From positions 90,348-154,347 of the forward strand of contig NW_005434652.1 of NCBI RefSeq assembly GCF_000315625.1: DNA of 64,000 nt. Reading direction: 5' to 3'. The notes under the pieces were generated by a model. It did no database searches. It was not told where the DNA came from and saw only the letters and a list, made by a program, of their open reading frames with translations. The number at the start of each line of letters is the position of its first letter. Position 1 is the first letter of the stretch. The stretch comes from Guillardia theta CCMP2712. Its lineage: Eukaryota > Protista > Cryptophyta. The position numbers and the translations under genes were made by a program. Positions 11,738-22,247 of this stretch are shown here, one piece after another.

Positions 11738-13732
11738 CTAAACTTCATGCCAGTACTTGACGCCATGGTATCGTTTCACTTTCTCGACTTTGCTCTTGCG
11801 GTTCCGTTCCGTCAGATGTTTCCTGTACCTGCAGAAAAAGTTAGACGAGTGCTCTGCTGCTACTGAGGAGAAAGATGGGAGGAGGAGAGAGGAGGTCAGC
11901 ATGGCGGGAAGAAGGCAGGATGGGTGAGAGGAGATGGTGATCAAGGGGAGGGGAGGAGAATGAGGAAGAAGCTGAGCGAAGAAAATCTTGAAGGGCTGGT
12001 GCTGCACCCTCTAGAGAATGAGAGTAGCGGAGGGAAAAACAAGAGGAGATGAGACAGAACATCTTGTGGGAAGAGGTTGAGATGATGAAGAGGAAGAGGA
12101 AGAGACGTACTCGTGAATGTTTCTTTTGCGGTACCAAGTCTCGGGGTCCATAATGGTGTCTGAGTCCGGAGGGGAACAAACCTGTCATGGCAGCGAGTAA
12201 AGAGCAAACATGACATCTTCACGCTTTACTTCACCTTGTCACCTTTGCAAACATTCTTCTCGTCATCATCGACCTCTCTCAATCCTGATTCTGAATGCAT
12301 CTGCTGTCCCTCGACGGTCAAGGAGGCAGTGCGAGGTGGTTGATGTTTACCTCATTGTCAAGTTCAGGTACAAGTCTGTGAGGTTGATCATTGCCGTTCA
12401 CGTAGAAGTACTGCAAGTTGGACTTCCTGTCTGAAGAAGTGAAGGAGTAAGAGGAGAGAGGCGAACAAGGAGGAGATACCTTGCTGCAGAAGCTCTCGAG
12501 GGATGGTGCCATGTAGTTCGTTGTTATGCAGGAAAAGATGAGAAAGCTAGAGATCAACTCAACAGGAGTTTTGTTGTAAGGAAAACAATTCTTCACGTTC
12601 TTCAGCTGCGCAAGTTCAGCAGGTATTGTTCCGGTCAGCAAATTCTCTTGCAGTATGATCATGCGAAGATTGTGCTGAAGACACGAACTGTTCAGGTAAT
12701 TCAGCCTCAAGACCTATCAATCCTCACTAGCTCTCCCCAAGCAGCTGGAATCGATCCTTCGAGGAAATTCTCAGCGAGAACGATCTTCTCTCTTTGAAAC
12801 AACCATCACAAACAACAACGGCTTCTCAAATGATAGTCTTACAGTCTTAGGAGCTTTCTAAGGTCAGGGATTGATCCAGTCTGGAGAAAAACTCACATGT
12901 CTGCTGTTGTGACTCAAAGAAGTGCTGCAATACCAACAGGTTGTCAAACAAGATGAGATCTATAAGTCTTCAAGTCAGCTTGCAATCAAAATGACATCAG
13001 CCCACCTTTCAATCTCTCTAGTCTTGAAATGTCCATGGGCATGGTTCCGCTGATATTATTCGCGGATAGATCGAGCACCTTCAAACGCACGTCAAAAAAC
13101 GATGATCAAGTTTCTCATGAGGTCTCAAAGGAATGCTCTCTCTAGAGACATTTCAGACAGCATGAAAGCTCTGGCAGATGACAAGTTTTGACGTCACCTC
13201 GAGATTCTCAAAGACGCTGATTCCATCCGGCAAGGCCCCGACGAGGCGATTGTGCGGTAAAACTATCGCGCTCACCGCACTGCTCCCCTCTGCCGTGCAG
13301 AATATACCATACCATAGGCAACAGTCAGGGACCTGACGTGCGCTCGTTACCACTCGACTGAGATGAGAAACCCTTGTACAAACCGATGGCTTGATGGCTC
13401 CGTTGTGCTGCCAACCAAGATTTCCACCAACTGCCAGATAGATGAGTCCTAGCTCGCTGCATGCTGCTACTCACCCCCCCATGCTAGCCCGATCGAGGAG
13501 CCGCTCGATCGGCTGGTCGGCTGCTCGCATGGCCTGCGCGATGGAAATAATCAACCCTTTGCTTCCTTGCTTCATGGCGACAAGACCTTCCCTGTGCTCC
13601 ACATTTCCAGCCATCTCCATTGGTGCCCACGTAGAGCAGCTCGAGGTACTTCATGTCCTCCCATGAGCATCGCTGCTGTGCCCCCCCGGCGCTCACCAGC
13701 AGCAGCATCAACACCAACCCAAGTTTCATCAT
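11738..13732 (-). CDS. Secreted leucine-rich-repeat protein (plant-type LRR with N-cap), multi-exon
   Basis: Signal peptide MMKLGLVLMLLLVSAGGA; LELLYVGTNGDGWK; CCLWYGIFC cap; repeats LPHNRLVGALP, LDLSANNISGTMP, LQENLLTGTIPAELAQLKN. Confidence 0.8.
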
Positions 13733-14440
13733 CGCAATGCTCTAGTAGCTAGTATATGAATTATTCTCTTTATTGACTGAAACTTGAAAGAAGGGCAAAC
13801 CGGAGCAAACAAAGGAGGGGGAGAAATAGAGCCTACAAACCCGCCTCAAGAAAAAAAATATTTATTGACCGTGAAAAAAAACAGAGCAAAACTTGTCAAA
13901 CTTTTCAACGGTCTTTCATACAATATATATATATATTATATATCAGTTATATCCTGGGGAGGGGGGGGGGGGGGTGGTGGGGGCGGGGCCGGGCAGCCTG
14001 TGACTCAGCGGCGGCACCCTCCCGCCAGGCGGGCCGGCGGCTCACTCAGACGGTCACTTTGCCGCCCCGGCAGTGGTATGAGTGAGACGGCCACGGTACT
14101 ATGCCATCATGCCAGTGATCAATTCAGTCACGGTCAGAGCCTAAGGCGGGGTCACGGCCGGAAGTTAGCGCACGGTACCGGTGACTCCCCGAGTCCGCGA
14201 TCCGATCCGATCCGGGCCCGGGAGTCCGCGGCTAGTGTGGCCGCGGCGGTGAGTGAGCCGCTCCGCCGCGAGTCACCGTACTGCGGCCGCAGCCTCGGCG
14301 GCCAGCCAATCCTGGGGCCGCCCCGCCCCCAGGCTCGGAGCCGGCGGCCCGGGCGCGGGGCCGGGCCGCGAGGGGGCGGCCCGGCCAGACTCGGGTGACC
14401 GAGTCTGCAAGCTTGAATCCGACTGGCATCACGGTGATGT

Positions 14441-14829
14441 TGATGTTGCACCCGCATGACGTTACGTCAGTAACGGACATGGCAGCATCATGCGAGTAGT
14501 CGCAAGAGGCTACGTACGCTGGCGAGGTGTATAATGCTAGAATCGAAGATGTGTACTGGGCGTAGACGTACGTACAACACATTGGTATGATGAAAGCATG
14601 AGGCTGGTATAAACCGATACACATGTTTACTCATTGCTGTATTACGGGTTAAGCCTGACCTCGACATATAAGCAACCCATCTTAGACGTTGGCCACGTCA
14701 TCAGAATGGGATTGCACGAACATTGACGTGTGTTCTCTTACTGCTGTACATAAACAAATCTAGCTTCATTGTTCATCTGTTCTACTCCTAAGTGCACTAT
14801 CGCTCAGTTGCTGGACTATACCCGCATCA
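14441..14829 (+). repeat. 5' LTR
   Basis: Matches 21859-22247 base for base on manual comparison; TG…CA termini with 5-bp inverted ends. Confidence 0.97.
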
Positions 14830-14847
14830 GGTTATAAAAGCCTCGCG
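14830..14847 (+). promoter_or_regulatory. Primer-binding site, degenerate half-tRNA-iMet type
   Basis: GGTTATAAAAGCCTCGCG directly after the LTR; resembles the GGTTATG(A/G)GCCC PBS of copia elements primed by an internal tRNA-iMet fragment. Confidence 0.5.
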
Positions 14848-14859
14848 TTAAAGGAACAG

Positions 14860-15411
14860 ATGTCGCCATACCGTCTACAATGGCCGCCAATCAATCAGCC
14901 TCAGGACTCGATGATTACAGCAGTAACACCCGAGAATATGCAAAGACTTGCCCCAGATATCGAGAACTTTATACAGTTCGAGTTGATAGGGCAATACTAT
15001 GCATACCTCAACTCTGAAGGGAATCCAGAAAATATGAGAGCCTACTTCGATTGTCATTTTCCCATCAGAGATACTCAATCAGAAGAATTACAGGAAAACA
15101 TGAGACAGAAAAGGAGAGAATTTGTACGAGAAGCAGATGCTGCTTTGACGCAAATCCTCCACACTGTTTACATGCAATGCCCTGGCAGGATTCAGATTCT
15201 GAAAGCCCACATGGAAGAAGAACACAAATCCCCCGAGACACCTACAAAGCTTTGCTTAGCTGGGATCAAGGCATGGACAGACTTTAAAAGACTAGACAAG
15301 CCAACCGAAGCAACAAAAGCTGAACAGACCCTTGCCAATCTCAAACTCCGAACTAGAGCAAGCAGTAATCTACAACGGAGACTACCAGAGTTACATCCCC
15401 AATGTGGTTAG
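14860..15411 (+). CDS. Gag N-terminal ORF (frameshifted relative to the main polyprotein)
   Basis: ATG 30 nt after the LTR; 183-aa ORF overlapping the next ORF, which is in the +1 frame. Confidence 0.75.
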   Translation: MSPYRLQWPPINQPQDSMITAVTPENMQRLAPDIENFIQFELIGQYYAYLNSEGNPENMRAYFDCHFPIRDTQSEELQENMRQKRREFVREADAALTQILHTVYMQCPGRIQILKAHMEEEHKSPETPTKLCLAGIKAWTDFKRLDKPTEATKAEQTLANLKLRTRASSNLQRRLPELHPQCG

Positions 15412-18400
15412 GACCTTGAAGAAATTTGCTTCACAAGGCAAAGACTGCACTTTCATCTACACCCGTGCTTTCAAAGACGTTATCGACAACCTCAGAGCAA
15501 TCGACGAAACGGGCGTGCAAGCAGAACTGGGTAGTTGGATAACATCTCAAATCCATCGCAACGCAACGGAAGAAAATTTCTTCTACGAAGGAGAGCCACA
15601 GATTGAAGATTTTTTGAAATTCCATCAACATATGATGAACTTCACTACCAGAGGCACCAAACACCCAATACCTATCCTCCAAGCAGGACAAGATAGCTCT
15701 GGCAAGAAATCAACAGAAGCACATCATTCAGGTCAGAAACGAAAGGCGAACGCCGTGTTTTCAGCCTCCGTCAAACAAAACAATACACCACAGAAAATCA
15801 GGAGACAACAACAAGAAAACTTTACTGGATGCAAAATCTGCAAAGAAAAACGACTTCCAGCAAGGATTTCTCTCAGTCACGCTACCAGCGAGCATGACGC
15901 ATCTAGGATCGGAGAAAGAGCCACTGGCAATAAAACAGCGCCAACCATGAAGAGGATCACAGGAAGCATTTCAACCGGTTTTCAGACAAGGGCAGGAAGA
16001 TCCGCAAAATTTACTGCCAAGAGTCATCGCTCGTCGAACCCAAACCGTTCAAACGAGGAGAGCGGGCAGTACCCCAAGTCAAAATACAAGCAAACAGTCA
16101 GCATCGACAAGAAGGTCCTCGTGAACCTCACAAAAGCACTGCAAGAAGCCACCTCTACCGACCAAACTGAAACCCAAGAATCAGTTCAAGAATCACCTAG
16201 CAGTGATGAAGACGAATCCGATGAACCGTCCTCATCTCGAACACCTCCGAAACGACTGAAAGAAGTCGTAAAAGAGACGTTCCGAGGCACACTAGGACGC
16301 AGTTCTAGAAAGAATAAATCTCCCAAGGAGTATCCCTGTTCTAAAAATTATGTTGTATATCAAAGTGATACCAGGTCGAAAACTGAAGAGATCCAACTGC
16401 ACAAGCTTGATGCAGCTCTGTTCTCAAAAGTTTCAAAACCATGGTACCTTGAATACATCTTTCATATACCCAGACTACTGATCAGGAACACTGATCGGTA
16501 TCAAGTTTTCCTACACGCGTTAAAAGCGAAAGAACAACAAGAGTCCCTGTACGCTATTGTCGACTCAGGTGCAACTGTAAGCGTACTCTGCAATCCAAGT
16601 TGGTTACAGAGATCGTTTACACACAAAACTGAGATCACCGGCGTGGGGGGCAGCAAGATCAATACATCGCTCGGAGGAATTCTAGCAGGAACGATAGCAT
16701 CAATCGAAGGAAAACGTTTTGCATTTGCAACTATAGCAACAGTAATCAGCGACGAAAATGCTAAAATCAACCTGTTATCCATCTGGCGAATTACAAATAG
16801 TGGTCATACAATAATCCACAAAGGTAAACCAGAAGGAGGACTACACGGAATCATTACACTCAACAATGAATTTATACCTTTCTACTTCTGCCCAAGCACC
16901 TACCTATGGTACGTCGAAATCCAAAGACCCAACAGGAAGACCAATAAGATAATCTCCAAGCTATCAGCAAAAACCATCTGGGATAAAGACACAATTCTCA
17001 GAGAAATTCAAGAAGGCGAAATACCACTCACGGCAACAATCAAGGAGTCAACACATACGACAAATACACAAAGTACATCAAAACGCAGAATCCACCTGAT
17101 CATCCATGGCGCAAGATTGGAGAGCGTACCTCGTTGGGGGGGAAGCATCCACATCTACCAAGCTGCGATGCAGGGGGAGAGCACAACTTCGGCAACAGCT
17201 TTCAAGCCCACGCACATGAAGACCTTTCCTATCAGCATGCGAGATGTACGACCTGAATTAGACACGTCAGAAGAGTCAGACAGTGAAAATGGAGAGACCT
17301 TGGACAGTTGCAGCAGCTCCGATGACGAGCTGATGACTACTGACAACACTCCATTAGAACCTACAAGACAATTCACGACGGAAGAGATTCAACAGCAAAC
17401 CAAGGAGTATCTCAACGACCCAAGATCATTTACAGATTTTGACGACTTTACAAACACAACGATCGAAGAACTTGACGAAAACGACAAGGAATACGAAGAA
17501 CAATTGAAGAATGACAAATCAGATCTCAAGAATATTTACCTATATTCAACGGGAGAACGCATCAAAGGAACAAGAGCATCAGCGATTCTGCTCAAGTGGC
17601 ACGTAAGAACCAACCACATCGGCAAGAAATACCTTTTCCAACTGGCAGAAAACATCGAAGGCATGGAGGAATTGAAGAGAATCAATCCAAAGACACCCCT
17701 GCCGACATGTCACACATGCCGCAGAGCGAAAACCAAGGCAGCTCCATTACCAAAATTCAGACACAAAAGATCCGATGTCAGATTTCACAGGCTGCATGGG
17801 GATATGAGCTCCTATCGAGTCCGCTCGATCGAAGGAGCAAAGTACCTCCAACTCTGGAAAGACGACTTCTCAGGATTCAAGATGCCTGTAGGTTTAGCGA
17901 GCAAGAAAGGTTACAGGAAATCGTTACGACTTGTTGTCACGAGATTCAACAATGGGGTCTACCCCAAAGTGATTCGAGTTGACAATGGGAGCGAAATGGT
18001 TTCAAAGAAATCACTGAAGATGTACGAGAAGCACAACATCCACCTAGAAAGAAGCGCACCATATGAACATTGGCAAAATGGAAGAGCTGAATCTGGAATC
18101 TACTCGTTAGATACAAGGACTAGATTGGCAATCGTACACTCAAACGTTCCGAAAAATCTCTGGCTCAGCGCTATATATTACAACGCAGAGATCGAGAATG
18201 CATTCCTTCCTACCAGCAGAAACTCAAACATCAGTTGCTACCAAGCGTTTACAGATCATATCCTAAAGGACAGAAGATTAGATCAAAAGAAAGACAAAAA
18301 ACTCGAGCCAACAGCAGAAGTTTGCGTGTTTCTTGGACAAAAAACTCGAGCCAACAGCAGAAGTTTGCGTGTTTCTTGGCTTCGCCCACCACCTAGGAAT

Positions 18401-20989
18401 GAAAGGTTATTTGGCAGCATCAACGAAGAAGTATTCCCCTACAGATTTTCTCACCCGGAGGACAGATCTTGGAAAATACCATACGGCGGAACTGATGATT
18501 TTGGCGACGACAACGTCATTGTGCTCAAAAGAGCCGGTGAACGATTGATCGAAATGTCAGATACATCAGACGCATCAGATTCAGAATCTGAAGATGCCGG
18601 TGGAAACTCCAGCGCCCAACCTGAAGAGAGAAATCGACGACCGTTTACAGATCAACAACATGGCATAGCACACAATGATCCCATGGTGATCCAAGTGAGG
18701 CAACAAGCTATTGAAGTTGACAACCATCTCACGAGAACCTGTTCTGAAACATCAGTTGTAAGAGAGAGTGATATCACACAAGACGAACAAGTAGCGGTGG
18801 ATCCAGGACTATCAGAAAGAGGGCACATGAACCGTGAACTAGCCAGTCTTCAAGTCGAAACCTACAACAGTGGTGAAAAGGATTTTGAGTGGGATAAACT
18901 CACCCAAATACCTGAACATCAACTGAGGTCAGGACGAATTGTACAGAAGACGAATGTGGACACACCGACAAGTGATTCAGACCACGAAGACAATGATCTT
19001 CCAGCAGGAATTGAAGAGTTCGACAATCAAGACTTCATCAATGCGACACTACTTCCATCAGGAAGCACACTAGAGTTCCTTACGAACCTGGGCATCCCTT
19101 ATCAAGATCGCACCTTAACGAAGCGACAATACTGTGGAGTACTTGTCGACACATACAATAACCTGGAAGAGAAAATCATGACATGGTCACATGGGCCACC
19201 ACAACGAAACATGTACAACGAAAATCATTACAACGAAGAAATCGACAGCTTGATGTCTTTTCTTCAAGGATGCAAGAAAGATGAAAGAAGAGAATCAAGG
19301 ATACAAAAAGCTCAACTATTCTACACAGGCATGTTGTCGGCAACCAGCCATATCGCGTTTGACAATGACGAACCAAGCATCAAAGAAGCTCTCAACAACA
19401 ACAACCCAGAGAGACACCATTGGATAACAGCAATTCAGTCAGAGGCACGATCATGGAACGGACTAAAAGTATTCGAAGAAGTCGACAACATCCCAGACGG
19501 AAGAAAGGCAATCGGATGCAGAATCATCCTTAAAAGGAAAAGAGGACCGAATGGAGAAGTATTGAAATACAAGGCAAGAGCGATCATACAAGGTTACAAC
19601 GCGGTACAAGGGATCGATTACCTCGACTCCTTCTCAGCGACAGCGAACCCAATTACGATCAGACTCCTTCTGACAATCGCCAGAGCAAACAAATGGCACG
19701 TCAGATGTCAAGATATCTCAACTGCATACCTGATGGCACCACTTCCTACAGTTGTATATATCAGGACCCCAAAGGAATTTCAAGAGTTCTGCAACATTAG
19801 AGCAGCATACTTGAAGATCCTGAGTTCAGTCTATGGACTTCCTTCATCAGGTCGAAACTTCTGGAAGAAGCTCTGCCAAGACCTACGCGATTTCGGTTTC
19901 AAAGCCTGCACGTCAGATGATTGTTTGTTTCTATATCATGACGAGCAAGGGGGAGAGATCATCATCGCGTTAGTAGTCGACGACATCATCCAAGCTAGCA
20001 ACAGCCAAGCACTATTTGCAAAGTTCGACGACTTCATGATGAACACAAAAGGATACAGCGTAACAACCGACAACGATCTTAGCTTCTATCTGGGAGTCGC
20101 GTACAAGAGGGACGAAGCTGGAGACTTCATCAGCAACCAGCAAGCGTACATCGAAAAATGTTTGAAAAGATTCAACCTCGAGGGGATCGACCCTACAGGG
20201 AAATTCACCACGCCAATGGATCCCAAGTTCGTGATCGAACCAGAAGACGTTGATCCGCACGCGCCTGAAGACTTAGTCAAAATCTACAGAAGCCAAGTAG
20301 CAAGTCTGATATACATAGCAACATGGTCAAGACCAGAAATCAGCTATGCAGTATCATTGCTATCAAGATATCTCACAAGTCCTACGAAGAAACTGTTAAT
20401 GGCAGTGCACAGAGTATACGCTTATCTCAAGAACACCAAGACACTAGGAATCAGATACACCGACAACGACGACAACGGACACAAGAAAATGGAACTAGTC
20501 GCATTCTGCGATAGCTCAGACGCCGATTGCAAGCTCACAAGCAGATCAACCGGTGGATACGTCATTTTCCTCAATGGGACACCAATCTCATGGAAATCAG
20601 CAAGACACAACACAGTCTCACTGTCTACCATGGAAAGCGAATACATCCAAAGCACGCTTACAGCTATCGAGATCTTGTACTTGCGAGAGACGCTCGAATT
20701 CATGGGATACAAGCAACCTACGACGATATGCTATCAAGACAACGCCGCCTGCATCAAGCTCAGCGAGAATCCCGTCAGCAAGAGCAGATCGAAACACATC
20801 AAGAGAAGACACCATTTCATACGACAATGCGTTGCCAACAAGGAGATCACCTTGGAAGCAATTCATACAAGCGAGCAAGTTGCTGATATATTCACAAAAC
20901 CGCTGCCCGCTGATCAGTTTCTCTATCTAAGAGACCAATTGTTGAACCTCCCTGAAGCAACACGCTATCAAAGGAAAACAAAAAAGTAA
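15332..20989 (+). CDS. Copia Gag-Pol polyprotein (Gag C-term, protease, integrase, RT, RNase H)
   Basis: AIVDSGAT (protease); WHVRTNH…CHTC, RLHGD…RVDNGSE…QNGRAE (integrase); YKARAIIQG, LVVDDII (RT); FCDSSDAD, QDNAAC, RSKHI, QVADIFTKPL (RNase H). Confidence 0.97.
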   Translation: MPISNSELEQAVIYNGDYQSYIPNVVRTLKKFASQGKDCTFIYTRAFKDVIDNLRAIDETGVQAELGSWITSQIHRNATEENFFYEGEPQIEDFLKFHQHMMNFTTRGTKHPIPILQAGQDSSGKKSTEAHHSGQKRKANAVFSASVKQNNTPQKIRRQQQENFTGCKICKEKRLPARISLSHATSEHDASRIGERATGNKTAPTMKRITGSISTGFQTRAGRSAKFTAKSHRSSNPNRSNEESGQYPKSKYKQTVSIDKKVLVNLTKALQEATSTDQTETQESVQESPSSDEDESDEPSSSRTPPKRLKEVVKETFRGTLGRSSRKNKSPKEYPCSKNYVVYQSDTRSKTEEIQLHKLDAALFSKVSKPWYLEYIFHIPRLLIRNTDRYQVFLHALKAKEQQESLYAIVDSGATVSVLCNPSWLQRSFTHKTEITGVGGSKINTSLGGILAGTIASIEGKRFAFATIATVISDENAKINLLSIWRITNSGHTIIHKGKPEGGLHGIITLNNEFIPFYFCPSTYLWYVEIQRPNRKTNKIISKLSAKTIWDKDTILREIQEGEIPLTATIKESTHTTNTQSTSKRRIHLIIHGARLESVPRWGGSIHIYQAAMQGESTTSATAFKPTHMKTFPISMRDVRPELDTSEESDSENGETLDSCSSSDDELMTTDNTPLEPTRQFTTEEIQQQTKEYLNDPRSFTDFDDFTNTTIEELDENDKEYEEQLKNDKSDLKNIYLYSTGERIKGTRASAILLKWHVRTNHIGKKYLFQLAENIEGMEELKRINPKTPLPTCHTCRRAKTKAAPLPKFRHKRSDVRFHRLHGDMSSYRVRSIEGAKYLQLWKDDFSGFKMPVGLASKKGYRKSLRLVVTRFNNGVYPKVIRVDNGSEMVSKKSLKMYEKHNIHLERSAPYEHWQNGRAESGIYSLDTRTRLAIVHSNVPKNLWLSAIYYNAEIENAFLPTSRNSNISCYQAFTDHILKDRRLDQKKDKKLEPTAEVCVFLGQKTRANSRSLRVSWLRPPPRNERLFGSINEEVFPYRFSHPEDRSWKIPYGGTDDFGDDNVIVLKRAGERLIEMSDTSDASDSESEDAGGNSSAQPEERNRRPFTDQQHGIAHNDPMVIQVRQQAIEVDNHLTRTCSETSVVRESDITQDEQVAVDPGLSERGHMNRELASLQVETYNSGEKDFEWDKLTQIPEHQLRSGRIVQKTNVDTPTSDSDHEDNDLPAGIEEFDNQDFINATLLPSGSTLEFLTNLGIPYQDRTLTKRQYCGVLVDTYNNLEEKIMTWSHGPPQRNMYNENHYNEEIDSLMSFLQGCKKDERRESRIQKAQLFYTGMLSATSHIAFDNDEPSIKEALNNNNPERHHWITAIQSEARSWNGLKVFEEVDNIPDGRKAIGCRIILKRKRGPNGEVLKYKARAIIQGYNAVQGIDYLDSFSATANPITIRLLLTIARANKWHVRCQDISTAYLMAPLPTVVYIRTPKEFQEFCNIRAAYLKILSSVYGLPSSGRNFWKKLCQDLRDFGFKACTSDDCLFLYHDEQGGEIIIALVVDDIIQASNSQALFAKFDDFMMNTKGYSVTTDNDLSFYLGVAYKRDEAGDFISNQQAYIEKCLKRFNLEGIDPTGKFTTPMDPKFVIEPEDVDPHAPEDLVKIYRSQVASLIYIATWSRPEISYAVSLLSRYLTSPTKKLLMAVHRVYAYLKNTKTLGIRYTDNDDNGHKKMELVAFCDSSDADCKLTSRSTGGYVIFLNGTPISWKSARHNTVSLSTMESEYIQSTLTAIEILYLRETLEFMGYKQPTTICYQDNAACIKLSENPVSKSRSKHIKRRHHFIRQCVANKEITLEAIHTSEQVADIFTKPLPADQFLYLRDQLLNLPEATRYQRKTKK
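18293..18378 (+). repeat. 43-bp tandem duplication within pol
   Basis: GACAAAAAACTCGAGCCAACAGCAGAAGTTTGCGTGTTTCTTG occurs at 18293-18335 and again at 18336-18378. Confidence 0.95.
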
Positions 20990-21849
20990 TTCATACGATG
21001 ATTACCTTTGGTAATTTTCAAAATGAATAAACTTTTCTCAAACTTGTCTAAGATCCTTCGAAGGACAAAGACACATACGCGAAGTGCTGAGCACCTCTGG
21101 ACTGTTCTAGTACCAGGGAGTAGCATAGTACAAGCGAAACCATAAGCATGTGGCACAACTTGAGCATCCCTGGGGCATTGCGACTTCAGTGGGTAGTGAT
21201 AGTTGCTTGCAAACGCAAATGGACATGGGAGAAAGGAGTAAGAGTTTCATAGCACAGCTTCCCCATAGTATATGGGCTGATATGGTGACATGGAAACATG
21301 ATTGCTAATCAGGGCGATGGCGCGTAACATGATTTCTTTTGAAACATGGAAACGTACTCTTCGTTAACTCACCTCCGTGGGTAACCGGCGTGTAGCAAAA
21401 TGCTGCATAGCTGCTCTAAACTTCCATTGAAGCTAGTTGATGATGCGAAAAGCTACATCAGGGTTTGGAATTGCTTACCCCACACAATCAGCAGTGTGTG
21501 AAAGGCAATCCAACGTCTCGTTACCTCAAAAATGCTACACGCAATTCCTCACGTGCATCCACAAAATGCTACGAAGGAAACGTAAAAGCATGTGGAAACG
21601 ACGTGTTATGCTCACTGAAAGGCATATGAATGCATGTATGACTTTGGAACCTATGTCATTTGCTGAAACGTACCGGGAACTCACCGTCCTGGACCACATT
21701 TGCATTTTGGCTTCCTGCCATTTTCGCATTTTGTTGGTTAGTTCGCGAAGAGTCAAAGGGAGACCCTCATACAGCATCGGAGCCGTTGGGTCGATTCCGG
21801 TGTTGCATAAATCAATGCTCTCACGCAGTGACGACACTAAGTTTCGAGC

Positions 21850-21858
21850 AAGGGGGAG
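21850..21858 (+). promoter_or_regulatory. Polypurine tract (plus-strand primer)
   Basis: AAGGGGGAG immediately before the 3' LTR. Confidence 0.9.
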
Positions 21859-22247
21859 TGATGTTGCACCCGCATGACGTTACGTCAGTAACGGACATGG
21901 CAGCATCATGCGAGTAGTCGCAAGAGGCTACGTACGCTGGCGAGGTGTATAATGCTAGAATCGAAGATGTGTACTGGGCGTAGACGTACGTACAACACAT
22001 TGGTATGATGAAAGCATGAGGCTGGTATAAACCGATACACATGTTTACTCATTGCTGTATTACGGGTTAAGCCTGACCTCGACATATAAGCAACCCATCT
22101 TAGACGTTGGCCACGTCATCAGAATGGGATTGCACGAACATTGACGTGTGTTCTCTTACTGCTGTACATAAACAAATCTAGCTTCATTGTTCATCTGTTC
22201 TACTCCTAAGTGCACTATCGCTCAGTTGCTGGACTATACCCGCATCA
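21859..22247 (+). repeat. 3' LTR
   Basis: Identical to the 5' LTR; followed by the GATGT TSD. Confidence 0.97.

Larger units (their letters stand above)
14441..22247 (+). mobile_element. Full-length Ty1/Copia LTR retrotransposon
   Basis: Two 389-bp LTRs (TGATG…CATCA), 5-bp target-site duplication GATGT (14436-14440 and 22248-22252), polypurine tract before the 3' LTR, pol domain order PR-IN-RT-RH. Confidence 0.98.

Noticed and set aside
18293-18378. 43-bp duplication as a spliceable new intron or a CRISPR-like repeat
   Set aside because: No AG|GT or AG|GC junction in the unit that would allow exact removal; only two adjacent copies with no spacer.
21200-21810. Hammerhead, group I/II intron or tRNA in the Copia 3' region
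   Set aside because: No CTGATGA core with properly placed GAAA, no P7-type elements, GAGCCG at about 21780 lacks a domain V stem, and no cloverleaf was found by eye.
21437-21877. env-like or extra ORFs in the Copia 3' region (146 aa +, 100 aa -)
   Set aside because: Short, no signal/TM architecture or recognisable motif; a decayed ORF cannot be fully excluded.
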